A stretch of DNA of 32,000 nt, taken from assembly GCF_000012805.1 (NCBI RefSeq), contig NC_007484.1, positions 1,710,001-1,742,000 of the forward strand, written 5' to 3'. Position 1 is the stretch's first letter. Every line of letters begins with the position of its first letter. Below the pieces are notes generated by a model that made no database searches, was not told the origin of the DNA, and saw nothing but the letters and a program-made list of their open reading frames with translations. Below are positions 10,258 through 20,251 of the stretch, in pieces. Origin of the DNA: Nitrosococcus oceani ATCC 19707. GTDB lineage: Bacteria; Pseudomonadota; Gammaproteobacteria; Nitrosococcales; Nitrosococcaceae. The position numbers and the translations under genes are program-made.

Positions 10258-10752
10258 TTATGACTTATCCTTGGTTCTTTTTGCATAACGGCGCGCCAGT
10301 GAAGGGCCTGCAAGATAGGAGGCATCTGGGACTATCCTTGTCTTTCCTGCTGTGAGGGCAGTGCGCCCCAAGAGCATGCGAAAGCGCATGGTATCACGGT
10401 TAGTGAGGGTGATTTCGATAGGCCAGCATTTATTTCCGATTTGCACAGGGGTTTCGATGACATAGCGATTTTCCCGGTGCCCTCCAGAATCCGTCACCAC
10501 CCGTTTATCAAGAATGTCAGCAACACAGATCAGTTCTACATCGACCCGGCCCTGAAGGGGGTGAAGGCCAAAGCGGATCTTATTTTGATGGCCCTCTTGG
10601 AAGGATTCTAGCCAAAAGGCATGGAGCACTGATGTGCGTGCGCCTGTATCAATTTTGGCTTTAATGCCAGGGACTCCAAGCTCCGGCAGTTTCACCCATT
10701 CCCGCCATCCGAGAAAAAAATCTTCTTTATCTGGTTCTTGTCTTGTGGTCAT
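10258..10752 (-). CDS. DUF785 / 'ATP-dependent zinc protease' family, retropepsin-like aspartic protease (RimB-like)
   Basis: Contains the '[15 protein letters not shown]' D-T-G aspartic-protease signature. It is the first gene of the rimK operon. AAGGAG lies upstream of the rimK ATG, 15 nt downstream of this gene's stop. Confidence 0.78.
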   Translation of the reverse strand: MTTRQEPDKEDFFLGWREWVKLPELGVPGIKAKIDTGARTSVLHAFWLESFQEGHQNKIRFGLHPLQGRVDVELICVADILDKRVVTDSGGHRENRYVIETPVQIGNKCWPIEITLTNRDTMRFRMLLGRTALTAGKTRIVPDASYLAGPSLARRYAKRTKDKS

Positions 10753-10759
10753 TATTTTC

Positions 10760-11007
10760 TACCGCTCATAAAAGTCTAGGATAACCTGTAGAAAACCCAG
10801 GCTTATTCACGCCATCCACACCGGCGCCACCGGAGCAGACTTACGCGGCTCTTGCGTGCGTTTAACGTCTGGCTTGAGCGTGTCCCGACGATACCTGTTT
10901 AAATTAATCGCGGCATTGAGATCGAGGTCGATGGTCAATCCGCAATCACAGGCCAACGCTCTATCCGCTAGCGTGATGTCATGAAGCTGGCCGCATCCCG
11001 AGCACAT
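10760..11007 (-). mobile_element. IS200/IS605-family tnpB 3'-terminal relic (last ~66 codons plus tail)
   Basis: ORF 10807..11007 reads 'MCSGCGQLHD...ACDCGLTIDLDLNAAINL', which is the zinc-ribbon/RuvC-III end of TnpB. Homology stops abruptly at ~11010, where AT-rich DNA begins. Confidence 0.65.
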
Positions 11008-11214
11008 CTAATTTCAATTTTCGTAGATTAAATAAGATTATCTTAGATTGTACTTAACAGTTTCATGCTCTAGCAGAACCTTTAAGGAATGGATAATTCA
11101 CCGATAAATGGACCTGCAATACAGAGGGGATGGGAGTGTCTTGACAGTGTTATTAGCGTATTGATTTCGATTCGGCGTTATCATAAATTCCATTTCAGAA
11201 CATATAATTGAGGG

Positions 11215-11675
11215 AACATTGACTACTCCCCCTCCCTTTAATTAGGAAGGGAACTCCTAATTCAACAAGAATTAGACACGGAGATTGACCCCATGCCGCT
11301 TACACTCTCTCCAAAAACTAACATCGCCAGCCCGGCAACTTTAATATTGACCGCGGCGTTCACGTCACGGTCGTGGTGAGTTGCACACTCGGAGCACGTC
11401 TAGGCCCGTATATGCACGGGCATCTTGTTTTTGAGACACCCACAAGCCGAACAGCGTTTGCTGGATGGGTACCGCTGGTCAATGGCGACCAATGAGCGTC
11501 CCACCCTGTCAGCCTTGTACTCAAGCGGGCGCACAAATTCACCCCAAGCGCATCGCTGATCGACGTGGCAAGCCGTGGGTTGGGCAGCATGTTCTTGAGC
11601 TTCAGGGATTCGATGCAGATCATATGGTTCTCGTTAATTAGCACGCACACTTTGTCATGCATCACACTATATAAT
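11215..11675 (-). pseudogene. IS200/IS605-family tnpB relic: RuvC-II to C-terminus, frameshifted, with an in-frame TAG and a structured tail
   Basis: Hand translation gives 'LINENHMICIESLKLKNM...SISDA', a frameshift near 11547-11552, then 'WGEFVRPLEYKADRVGRSLVAIDQRYPSSKRCSACG'. A TAG follows at 11400-11402, then 'CSECATHHDRDVNAAVNIKVAG', with the stop at 11262-11264. An 8-bp hairpin lies at 11240-11262. Confidence 0.75.
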
Positions 11676-11789
11676 AAATTATGTGAAGGTAGCCATAAAC
11701 CAAGAAGGAGGCAGCGAGAACAGGGTCGGCTAACGCCGTCGCGCTATCCCTCCCTGCCCTGAACGGCGGGGTTTCTCGCGCAAAAATGG

Positions 11790-14132
11790 ATGAAGCAAGA
11801 TCAGGCTGAATTATCGGATTTTACCATCGGACCTACAAGTTCCCGTAGTCTAGGCTCCCTGAGCCGGATTGTTCGGGAAGTTAGCCTTGCGGCTAGCCTC
11901 GAAGAGGTATTGCAGGTCATTGTGGTGCAAACCCGTAAGATGATGGCGGTGGATGTGTGCTCTGTTTATCTTACCGAGAGCAATGGCAGTCATGTGCTGA
12001 TGGCAACCCAAGGATTGCATCCGGAAGCAGTGGGGCAGGTACGGCTTATTCCGAGAGAAGGATTGGTGGGTTTGGTGGCGGAACGGGCTGAGCCGGTCAA
12101 TTTGGAAAACGCAGCTGCTCATCCTCATTTTAAGTTTATTCCTGGCTCGGGCGAAGAACCATTTCAGGCATTTTTAGGCGTACCTGTTCTCCATCAGCGA
12201 AAATTATTAGGTGTGCTGGTGGTGCAACAGAAAATAGCCCGCCAATTCGATGAAGTTGACGTTTCTTTTTTATTTACATTAGCCGCTCAACTGGGTGGCG
12301 TCATTGCCCATGCTAGGGCCAGTGGTGTTCTACAAAAACCTATGGGTAGCCAGAATGAGAATGGGCCTGAGCGCTACCTTACCGGTATTGTCGGGGCTCC
12401 CGGAGTAGCCCTAGGAAAAGGGGTTGTGGTTTATTCCGCTACTGGTTTAGATACAGTGCCTGAGCGTCAGGTAGCCAATATCAAGGAAGAGGAGAGAATC
12501 TTCCGGCTAGCCGTAGTTCATGTCTCCCAGGAGATTCAGTCTCTAGGAAATCACCTAGAGCTATCATTGGCGAATGAATACCAGCCTCTGTTTAAAGCTT
12601 ATGCCATGCTTACAGGAAGCCAAAGTTTGGTGGAAGCTACGGTAGAACGTATCCGGGCCGGTGAGTGGGCGCCGAGCGCCTTAAGTACGGTTATCAAGGA
12701 ACAAGCCCGGCGTCTTGAAGCCCAGGAAGATCTTTATTTGCGGGAGCGGGGCAATGACCTGCGAGAGATTGGCCGGCGTATTTTGGGCTATCTTCAGAAT
12801 GTGGCGCCTATTAACTTGGAATATCCAGAGAATACCATCTTGATAGGTGAAAACTTGAGCGCCATGGATCTTGCCGAGGTACCCATGGGGCGTCTGGCAG
12901 GGGTAATTTCGGCCCATGGATCGGGTTTCTCCCATGTGGCGATTCTAGCCCACGCTATGGGTATTCCCGCCATTATGGGAATTAGTAAGGCGAACCTTGG
13001 TCAGTTGGACCAGCGGGAATTGATCCTGGATGGTTATCAAGGCCGGGTACATTTAGAGCCAAGCAGGCTAGTACGCCAAGAGTTTGCCCGCCTCGCCCGG
13101 CAGGAGCAACAGCTTACGGAAGAACTCAAGGGCTTGCGGGATTTGCCTGCCGAAACGCCAGATGGTTTTCGGGTTCATTTATACGCCAACATTGGCCTGT
13201 TGGCGGATATCGAGCTTTCTCTTGCTGCGGGTACTGAGGGTGTGGGGCTTTACCGGACCGAGTTGCTTTTTATGGTGAGGGATCAGTTTCCCACTGAAGA
13301 AGAGCAATATGCCGTGTATCGGAAACTTCTCCAGGCTTTTACCCCTTCTCCCGTCGTTTTACGCGTACTTGATGTGGGTGGTGATAAATTCCTGCCCTAT
13401 TTCTCGATTGAGGAGGCCAATCCATTTTTAGGATGGCGAGGAATTCGCGTTATTCTGGATCATCCAGAAATATTTTTGACTCAAGTACGAGCGTCACTCC
13501 GGGCAGCCGAAGGGTTAAGTAACCTGAATTTGCTGTTTCCCATGATTAGCGCGGTTTCTGAGTTGGAAGAAGCTCTACATATAGTGCGGCGGGCCTATGA
13601 AGGACTGGTAGAGGAAGGTGTTCGGGTTACTTGGCCTCGGGTAGGGGTCATGATTGAGGTGCCTGCCGCGGTCTATCAGGTGGAAGCGTTGGCGCGGCGA
13701 GTGGATTTTCTTTCCATTGGCACTAACGATCTTGCTCAATATCTGCTGGCGGTTGATCGCAGTAATGAGCGGGTGGCGGAATTATATCATTCCCTCCATC
13801 CGGCTGTTTTGGCCGCCATTCTCACAGTAGTGAAGGCGGCCCGCCGGCACCATAAGCCCGTTAGCGTGTGCGGCGAGATGGCGGGTGAGGCCACGGCGGC
13901 TATATTATTGCTGGGTATGGGGATAGATAACCTCAGTCTGACCGCTGGCGATTTACCCCGAATCAAGTGGATAATAAGGAATTTTAGCCAGCAGTATGCG
14001 AGGGAATTGCTCGCTCGGGCCTTGCGGGAAGAAAAACCCGAGCCTATCCATAAAATGTTATGCGAGGCCCTGGATAACTTTGGGCTAGGGGAGTTGATAC
14101 GGGGGGGGAAAACAAGTTCCCCCCTGCTTTGA
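11790..14132 (+). CDS. ptsP: Phosphoenolpyruvate-protein phosphotransferase EI-Ntr (GAF domain plus PTS enzyme I)
   Basis: N-terminal GAF region ('CSVYLTE...LMATQGL...GLVGLVAERAEPVNL...FLGVPVLHQRKLLGVLVVQQ'). Also the phospho-His site 'GSGFSHVAILAHAMGIPA' and the C-terminal 'SIGTNDLAQY' and 'VSVCGEMAG'. Confidence 0.92.
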   Translation: MKQDQAELSDFTIGPTSSRSLGSLSRIVREVSLAASLEEVLQVIVVQTRKMMAVDVCSVYLTESNGSHVLMATQGLHPEAVGQVRLIPREGLVGLVAERAEPVNLENAAAHPHFKFIPGSGEEPFQAFLGVPVLHQRKLLGVLVVQQKIARQFDEVDVSFLFTLAAQLGGVIAHARASGVLQKPMGSQNENGPERYLTGIVGAPGVALGKGVVVYSATGLDTVPERQVANIKEEERIFRLAVVHVSQEIQSLGNHLELSLANEYQPLFKAYAMLTGSQSLVEATVERIRAGEWAPSALSTVIKEQARRLEAQEDLYLRERGNDLREIGRRILGYLQNVAPINLEYPENTILIGENLSAMDLAEVPMGRLAGVISAHGSGFSHVAILAHAMGIPAIMGISKANLGQLDQRELILDGYQGRVHLEPSRLVRQEFARLARQEQQLTEELKGLRDLPAETPDGFRVHLYANIGLLADIELSLAAGTEGVGLYRTELLFMVRDQFPTEEEQYAVYRKLLQAFTPSPVVLRVLDVGGDKFLPYFSIEEANPFLGWRGIRVILDHPEIFLTQVRASLRAAEGLSNLNLLFPMISAVSELEEALHIVRRAYEGLVEEGVRVTWPRVGVMIEVPAAVYQVEALARRVDFLSIGTNDLAQYLLAVDRSNERVAELYHSLHPAVLAAILTVVKAARRHHKPVSVCGEMAGEATAAILLLGMGIDNLSLTAGDLPRIKWIIRNFSQQYARELLARALREEKPEPIHKMLCEALDNFGLGELIRGGKTSSPLL

Positions 14133-14162
14133 AAATAAGCTGGGGTGACCGGCAGTAATCGC

Positions 14163-16334
14163 TTACACGATAACAGCAACTTCTATATCGCCGACCTTGC
14201 GCAGTACATTGACCCCCACATCGTGCAGATGGCGCCTAAGGCTGAGGTCAATCACCGCATCGCCGAAGCGTAAATTAGTGATTTCTAGGCGCTGGAGATA
14301 GTTCGGTAGTCGGGGGTGATAAAATCTTATTTGAGGTTTTTCTTCCGAGAACGTTAGCCCAAGGCAGGCCTGCAGAAGGTGAAATACCGTCCCACTAGCC
14401 CAGGCCTGGGGTGAGCAGGCGACCGGGTAGAGGGTCGGCCCTTGGCCAGGAAGGCGATCGAAGCCACAAAATAACTCAGGCAGGCGGTGTAAATCCATGG
14501 TAATGCTGGCGTCAAACAGGCCGCTCAGGATTTGCTGCGCCTGGTCCTTGAAACCATAACGGGCCAGTCCCATCGCGACAATGGCATTGTCATGGGGCCA
14601 GATGGAGCCGTTGTGATAAGACATGGGGTTAAAACGGGCCTGGGTCGTAGCAAGTGTTCGGATACCCCAGCCGCTAAAAGAAGCCTCGCTAAGCAAGGTC
14701 TCCGCTACCTTTTGCGCATATTCTGGATTAGCAATCCGGCTGAAAAGGGCATGGCCGGCATTGGATGAGATGATCTGGCAAGGACGTTTGTGGCCATCCA
14801 GAGCCAGCGCAAAAGTGGCTATTTCCTCACACCAAAATGCTTGGTTGAACTTCTTTTTGAGGGCTTCCGCCTGATGCTCTAATTCCGAAGCACGGCTCGT
14901 TTCACCCAATAGGGTCGCTAACTTAGCTGCTATTTTCTTGGCCTCATACACATAGCCCTGCACTTCACATAAGGCGAGGGGTCCTTCCGCGGGGCTTCCT
15001 TCCTGGTGAAAAATCGGATCGTCGGAATCTTTCCAACCTTGGTGGATCAGGCCGTCGGCGCTATGGCGAGCATACTCCACAAAACCATCTCCGTCGCAAT
15101 CGCCGTAATTATCGATCCAATAAAGCGCGGCCTCGATATTGGGCCAAATGGCCTCCAAAAAGGGCTGATCAGCGGTACGCTGATAATAGGCCCCCGCCAG
15201 CACGATAAACAAGGGCGTAGCATCTATGCTGCCATAGTAGCGCCAAAAGGGCACCTCGTGTAAGGCCGCCATTTCCCCTTTGCGAGTCTCATGTAGTATT
15301 TTGCCAGGCTCGGCATCTTGGGCGGCATTTTCTTCCGTGGCTTGAGTGGCCGCTAAAAAGCCTAATACGCCTTGAGCCAACTGGGGATTAAGCCATAAAT
15401 ACTGCAACGCGGTGATGATCCCATCGCGCCCGAAAGGGGTGGCGAACCAAGGGACGCCCGCATAGGGGTAATTACCTTGCTCGGTCTGGCTGGTCAGCAT
15501 TTGTAAGTCCGCCGCTGACCTATTGAGCCAATCATTGAATTGCTCATTACTGGTGAAAACATGGCCTATCCTCTTGCCAGCAGCGGTGACGGCCTGATTG
15601 GAGTTAGCAAGGGCTTCTTGATAGGTTAAAATTGCAGGCTTATTAGTCTCTATTTCACAGGCAATAGTCAAATAAAATTGTTTTTTTTCTTTGGGTAAAA
15701 GCTCGATAGCGAAACAGATCCGACCCTCGCCTTGGTTATCGGGTGGTTGGCTAGAAAGAATGCGGGTGCGGCGTGTTTCATTGTCCAGACCCCGATAGCT
15801 GAATACGAGTTCTTGCCCTTGGTGCTGCACCGGTAGGACTTGGCCCCGCTTACAGCGTTTAGCTCCCCGCACTTCAAAAATATCGGCATAATCGGCGCCA
15901 AATTGAATGTCCAGGTAAAGGTTAAGCGTTTTATCTCCATAGTTGAAAAGACGGATACGTTCATAGTACACGCCATTCCAGAGCAGTTTGCTGCGAAAGA
16001 TATGTACGATCCCCTTACGGGTGACAAGCTGATTCTCTTGATAGAGGTCGGGGTTGGTAATATCTGCGGTCAGCAGGGTGTTATCTTCTTTGACGATGGA
16101 ATGGAGTAAGAGGGGCCGGCGCTGGTTTATACTCAGTTCAAAATAAGAAAGAAAGCGTGTGCCTTGATGGTAAATTCCCTGTTCGCCAATTCCTAAATGC
16201 TGGATATCGCCATAGCGGTCAAATACCGCGAAGGTATCATTGTGTTTAAGTACGCGAGTGCTTTCATCGGTATGCGAGGAGGCTGCTGGTACATACCACT
16301 GGTCATTGATGAGAACAACGTCATCTACTGCCAT
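14163..16334 (-). CDS. Amylo-alpha-1,6-glucosidase / glycogen-debranching-enzyme-like (GDE_C, six-hairpin glycosidase) protein
   Basis: 723-aa ORF. The N-terminus 'FAVFDRYGDI...GIYHQGTRFLS' and the C-terminal region 'GVPWFATPFGRDGIITA', 'GKILHE', 'YYGSIDATPLF' and 'GWKDS...EVQGYVY' are typical of bacterial/archaeal GDE-like proteins. Confidence 0.82.
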   Translation of the reverse strand: MAVDDVVLINDQWYVPAASSHTDESTRVLKHNDTFAVFDRYGDIQHLGIGEQGIYHQGTRFLSYFELSINQRRPLLLHSIVKEDNTLLTADITNPDLYQENQLVTRKGIVHIFRSKLLWNGVYYERIRLFNYGDKTLNLYLDIQFGADYADIFEVRGAKRCKRGQVLPVQHQGQELVFSYRGLDNETRRTRILSSQPPDNQGEGRICFAIELLPKEKKQFYLTIACEIETNKPAILTYQEALANSNQAVTAAGKRIGHVFTSNEQFNDWLNRSAADLQMLTSQTEQGNYPYAGVPWFATPFGRDGIITALQYLWLNPQLAQGVLGFLAATQATEENAAQDAEPGKILHETRKGEMAALHEVPFWRYYGSIDATPLFIVLAGAYYQRTADQPFLEAIWPNIEAALYWIDNYGDCDGDGFVEYARHSADGLIHQGWKDSDDPIFHQEGSPAEGPLALCEVQGYVYEAKKIAAKLATLLGETSRASELEHQAEALKKKFNQAFWCEEIATFALALDGHKRPCQIISSNAGHALFSRIANPEYAQKVAETLLSEASFSGWGIRTLATTQARFNPMSYHNGSIWPHDNAIVAMGLARYGFKDQAQQILSGLFDASITMDLHRLPELFCGFDRLPGQGPTLYPVACSPQAWASGTVFHLLQACLGLTFSEEKPQIRFYHPRLPNYLQRLEITNLRFGDAVIDLSLRRHLHDVGVNVLRKVGDIEVAVIV

Positions 16335-16596
16335 AGAAGGATTAACCTGTCAATTTTGGTTTATCCAAGAGGATGTGCCCCATTCCTTGATTGAAACCAG
16401 AAGTTTTCGATGCGAAGAAATTCATGAGATTACTCGAACATCTGCTCTTGAATTTAAATTATACATTAGCTGGATGGGGGGAACAGATCCAGATCAGCCA
16501 TCACGAGTAAATATGGTAAAGGTGCTGGTGTCTGGCCTCTGTTCCCTGGGACATTAGATATTAGTGCCAATAATTTTATTGTTTGCCCGGGGAGGG

Positions 16597-17646
16597 TCAA
16601 CTTACCAGCCGAGGTCTAACCCTTGTCTTGGTAAGGGTCCGGTATAGCCGCAGGTAGTTTTTGGCCATGCGTTTGGCAGAGAATTGCTCTTCAAATACTT
16701 GACGACAACCCAGGCGGCTTACCTGACTTATTCTCTCTACCGTTATTACTGCCTGCTCTAAATTTTCAACGATAAAACCCGTTTTACCCTCTTGCATCAC
16801 TTCAGGGACAGAACCTTGCCGATAGGCGATGACGGGTGTGCCACAGGCCATGGCTTCAATCATGACCAGCCCAAAAGGCTCAGGCCAATCAATGGGAAAC
16901 AATAATGCGTAAGCCTTGCCAAGAAAATCATTTTTTTCCTTTTCACCAATCTCTCCAATATAGTTCACTAGAGGATGGGCGAGCAGCGGTTTAATTTGTT
17001 TTTGAAAATACTTTTCATCAGCCGGGTCCACTTTTGCTGCAATACGGATTTCCATCCCAGCGCGGATAGCGATTTCGATGGCACGGTCGAGCCGTTTTTC
17101 TGGTGAGATGCGGCCGAGAAAAGCAAGATAATTTTCGGGCTGAGAATTAAAGGCGTAAAGGTTTTCGGGTAAGCCATGATAGATAGTGGCTTGCCAATTC
17201 ACAAACAATAAAGGATGCCGTTGAGCATTGGAAATCGAGACTACTGGCATCTCCGAGAATTCCTGATAGAGGAGTGGTAAGTCAGGAAGATCAAGCCGTC
17301 CATGTAAGGTGGTGAGATGGGGGATTTGTAATATCCGGCTCATCGGAAAGTGCAAATAATCAATATGAAAATGGAGGATGTCAAAGCTGGGCGCTAAGCG
17401 AGACACCTGACCCAGCAAGAGGGCGTGGTGTGCAAAAGGGTCCAGGTAATGACAATTAAGCCGTAAAGCGGATTCCCCAATGGGATGGAGTTTGGCTTTA
17501 GTGAGAGAATCACCACTAGCAAAGAGAGTGACATCATGGCCTTGGTTTACTAATTCTTCGGTCAGGTAGGAAACAATTCGTTCTGTTCCACCATAATATT
17601 TTGGTGGAACGCTTTCGTAAAGGGGGGCAATCTGTGCAATTTTCAT
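16597..17646 (-). CDS. Glycosyltransferase family 4 (GT-B, group 1)
   Basis: 'MKIAQIAPLYESVPPKYYGGTERIVSYLTEELVNQGHDV' and the C-terminal 'EPFGLVMIEAMACGTPVIA' (E-x7-E region). Confidence 0.85.
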   Translation of the reverse strand: MKIAQIAPLYESVPPKYYGGTERIVSYLTEELVNQGHDVTLFASGDSLTKAKLHPIGESALRLNCHYLDPFAHHALLLGQVSRLAPSFDILHFHIDYLHFPMSRILQIPHLTTLHGRLDLPDLPLLYQEFSEMPVVSISNAQRHPLLFVNWQATIYHGLPENLYAFNSQPENYLAFLGRISPEKRLDRAIEIAIRAGMEIRIAAKVDPADEKYFQKQIKPLLAHPLVNYIGEIGEKEKNDFLGKAYALLFPIDWPEPFGLVMIEAMACGTPVIAYRQGSVPEVMQEGKTGFIVENLEQAVITVERISQVSRLGCRQVFEEQFSAKRMAKNYLRLYRTLTKTRVRPRLVS

Positions 17647-18150
17647 AGGTGGCTCGGTGTCATGTTCTAGGCGATTTCTAGCCCAATTAATAGATTACTT
17701 ACATTAACTAACGTTAATGCAAGTAGACGTGCGGCTTAATCTAAGCTGTGCCTGATTTAAGAAGCCTTTTTTAGTGCCTGCCTGGCAAAAGAGGGTTAAG
17801 GGTTAACCGTTATCAGATTAAAGATGGCTTGCACTAAACAAATTGTAGTCGGGTGGCAGGAGGAAAACATCGGTGCTTTCCCTTATAGTAGTTCCCATAG
17901 AGATAGTAAAATACTAAGTCCTTAGAGTAGGGGGATGCTGACTGAATATCTAGTCTGCCGGGCGCTCTTAAAGAGCCAGTAAACAACCGGCAGAGTCGTT
18001 CAGGGGTGATAAATACAAGGTGTTAATTGAAGTGATAATTACGGGTTTTAGTGTATAGCAGGCGGTTGGAGTAAGGAGAAGTGAGGGCATTTATGGAATG
18101 AGTTGGCAATGGTGCTGAGATAGGAGAGAAGGGGTTCTACCCCCTCCAGC

Positions 18151-20070
18151 TTATAAAGTAAGCCAGCCTGAACCGAATTGCTGAATGTGAGTCTGATCCG
18201 GTTGGCGGCCAGTCCCTCGTGCTCCTTTGATCGGGGTTTTTTCTGGCAGTACGTAGTGGGCGTTGGGGAGCTGATGGGCATAGCGTAAAGCGGCTTTAGC
18301 AGCAGCTGGGAGCGTATCATCCGCATTATTTTTCAGCGCCTGAAAATTCTGTTCAATGGCGCGGCTGGCTAAATTAAAGAAATGCTCTACCAGTGCTGTT
18401 TGAGAGTCGATTTGTTCTCTTTTCTTTTCTAGGCGAAGAGCACGATCCAGATAAGATAGGCTGCAACTCATGGCGTGAATCCAAATGGCGGCCCAACTGA
18501 GGCGTGCTTGGAGCATTTGCCGGGTAATCAATTTTTCTCGATGTTTATGGAACATGCGCTTGGTTTCATGGGAGAGTTGCTGGGTATAGTTTTCCAACTT
18601 TCCTTGCAGAGGAGCCAAGGAAGGATGGAGGCGGGTGATCCTGGGCCGTTGTTTTTTTATTCCCAGAAAAAGCTCGGCGCTTATTCGTAGTGCTTGGCCT
18701 AAATGCTTCATGGGATTTTTTGCAATGTTGAGGAGTGCTTCCCCAAGCTGTTTTGAGCCATAGCCAAAAATAAAACTTAACATCACTTCGTTGGCCCCCT
18801 CGACAATGAGATTAATCCGGCTATCCCGCCACAGGCGCTCCACCTCATTCTCAGTCATATAGCTCTCGCCCCCCATGATTTGGAGCGCATCGTCAACCAC
18901 GCGATAGCCTATTTCCGAGCAAAAGACTTTGCAAATTCCTGTCTCTAGCATGATGTCCTCATCATGGCGATCCAACATGCCGGTTGTCATATAGAGCATG
19001 GCTTCCATGGCGTAACAGTTAGCTGCCATGGAAGCGATTTTGGCTTGAATCTGCTCAAAGTCAGCCAGAGGCCGCCCAAACTGATAGCGGTATTGAGCCC
19101 ACTTTACCGCTTGCTCGTAGGCTGTGGCGGCGGCTCCCACCATCCCGGCCGCAAGCGTACAGCGGCCATAGTCTAGGCAAGTGAGGGCGACGTTAAGTCC
19201 TTTCCCTTCTTGATGGAGAAGGTTTTCTCTGGGGACTTTCACGTCGCGGAACCGGATTCTAGCCTGCCAGGTTCCCCGGATGCCGCACTTGCTGCGGTTA
19301 CGGGAGTAGATATCGATACCGGCCATATCGGGGGTGCAGATAAGCGCGGTGACTTGATCTTTTTCTTTTCCGGTCCGGGGGTCCTGGATCTTTTGCTTGG
19401 CCAGGACGGTAAAAAGGCCCGATAGGGCAGCGGAGGAGGCCCATTTTTTCTCCCCATTCAGGATATAAAATTGACCGTCCTCGGAAAGCTTGCAGCGGGT
19501 TTCCTGACCGCTGGCGTCCGAGCCTACGTTAGGCTCGGAAAGGCAAAAGGCGCTGAGATGGTCCTGGGCCATGGCGGGAAGGAAGCGTTTTTTTTGCGCA
19601 TCCGTGCCAAACAGAATAATGGCGCCACAACCAATTGATTGGTGGGCGGAAACCATAACCGCAGTTGAACCACAGCGCTGTCCAATCCGGGATAAAACTC
19701 GGTTGTAGCTGGTGATACCAAAGCCTCCCCCGCCATATTTCTTAGGGACGATCATTCCCATAATTCCCATATTGAATAGACGCTTAACGACCGACGCCGG
19801 GATTTTTTGTTCTTGATCAATGGCGATAGCGGGGTGTTCGTTTCTTAGGTATTCGTCTAATTCAGTAAGGAGTTGATCGCAACGGGAGGCTTCCTCTAGG
19901 CTGACCTCGGGGAAGGGAAAGAGCAATTCCTCCCGGAAATGACCCCAAAAGAGGTTTTTCACAAATCCCATGGTTTCGGGTTCTGGCCCTAGCATTTCCT
20001 GAGCTGCTTCGATTTGCTCGCGATCAGCTTCTGAGATGTCCTTTAATTGTCCGAAAGGGGTTTTGGCCAT
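18151..20070 (-). CDS. Long-form acyl-CoA dehydrogenase family protein
   Basis: ACAD core motifs 'FCLSEPNVGSDA', 'GEKKWASSAA' and 'QIMGGESYMTE...ERLWRDSRINLIVEGANEV', followed by a ~170-aa C-terminal extension. Confidence 0.88.
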   Translation of the reverse strand: MAKTPFGQLKDISEADREQIEAAQEMLGPEPETMGFVKNLFWGHFREELLFPFPEVSLEEASRCDQLLTELDEYLRNEHPAIAIDQEQKIPASVVKRLFNMGIMGMIVPKKYGGGGFGITSYNRVLSRIGQRCGSTAVMVSAHQSIGCGAIILFGTDAQKKRFLPAMAQDHLSAFCLSEPNVGSDASGQETRCKLSEDGQFYILNGEKKWASSAALSGLFTVLAKQKIQDPRTGKEKDQVTALICTPDMAGIDIYSRNRSKCGIRGTWQARIRFRDVKVPRENLLHQEGKGLNVALTCLDYGRCTLAAGMVGAAATAYEQAVKWAQYRYQFGRPLADFEQIQAKIASMAANCYAMEAMLYMTTGMLDRHDEDIMLETGICKVFCSEIGYRVVDDALQIMGGESYMTENEVERLWRDSRINLIVEGANEVMLSFIFGYGSKQLGEALLNIAKNPMKHLGQALRISAELFLGIKKQRPRITRLHPSLAPLQGKLENYTQQLSHETKRMFHKHREKLITRQMLQARLSWAAIWIHAMSCSLSYLDRALRLEKKREQIDSQTALVEHFFNLASRAIEQNFQALKNNADDTLPAAAKAALRYAHQLPNAHYVLPEKTPIKGARGTGRQPDQTHIQQFGSGWLTL

Positions 20071-20251
20071 GGTGTTTCTCCTGGCTGCTAGGCACGCTTC
20101 GAAATTTTTGCTTTTGCTATTATCGAATTAAATATCCTAGTGAAAAAATTGAAGTATTCTTAAAATACGTCCTATGATTATTCATAGGCGCTTAGCTCGT
20201 GGATTTCCAGATTGCTTAAGCTCGCTGTTATTTAGCCTCTCCACGTTGCGA

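Noticed and set aside
11690-11850. The ptsP 5' end ('MKQDQAELSDFTIGPTSSRS', a ~20-aa extension relative to E. coli PtsP) as a fusion created by an IS left end
   Set aside because: The similarity to the tnpB left end is limited to short words: CAGCGAGA and ACGGCGG, each followed by a T-run. The extension could be native to the lineage. This is kept only as a note within the relic finding.
16240-16557. 105-aa + strand ORF spanning the GDE start and the GDE-GT4 spacer
   Set aside because: It overlaps the 5' end of the GDE-like gene in antisense, has no SD, and has no recognisable motifs.
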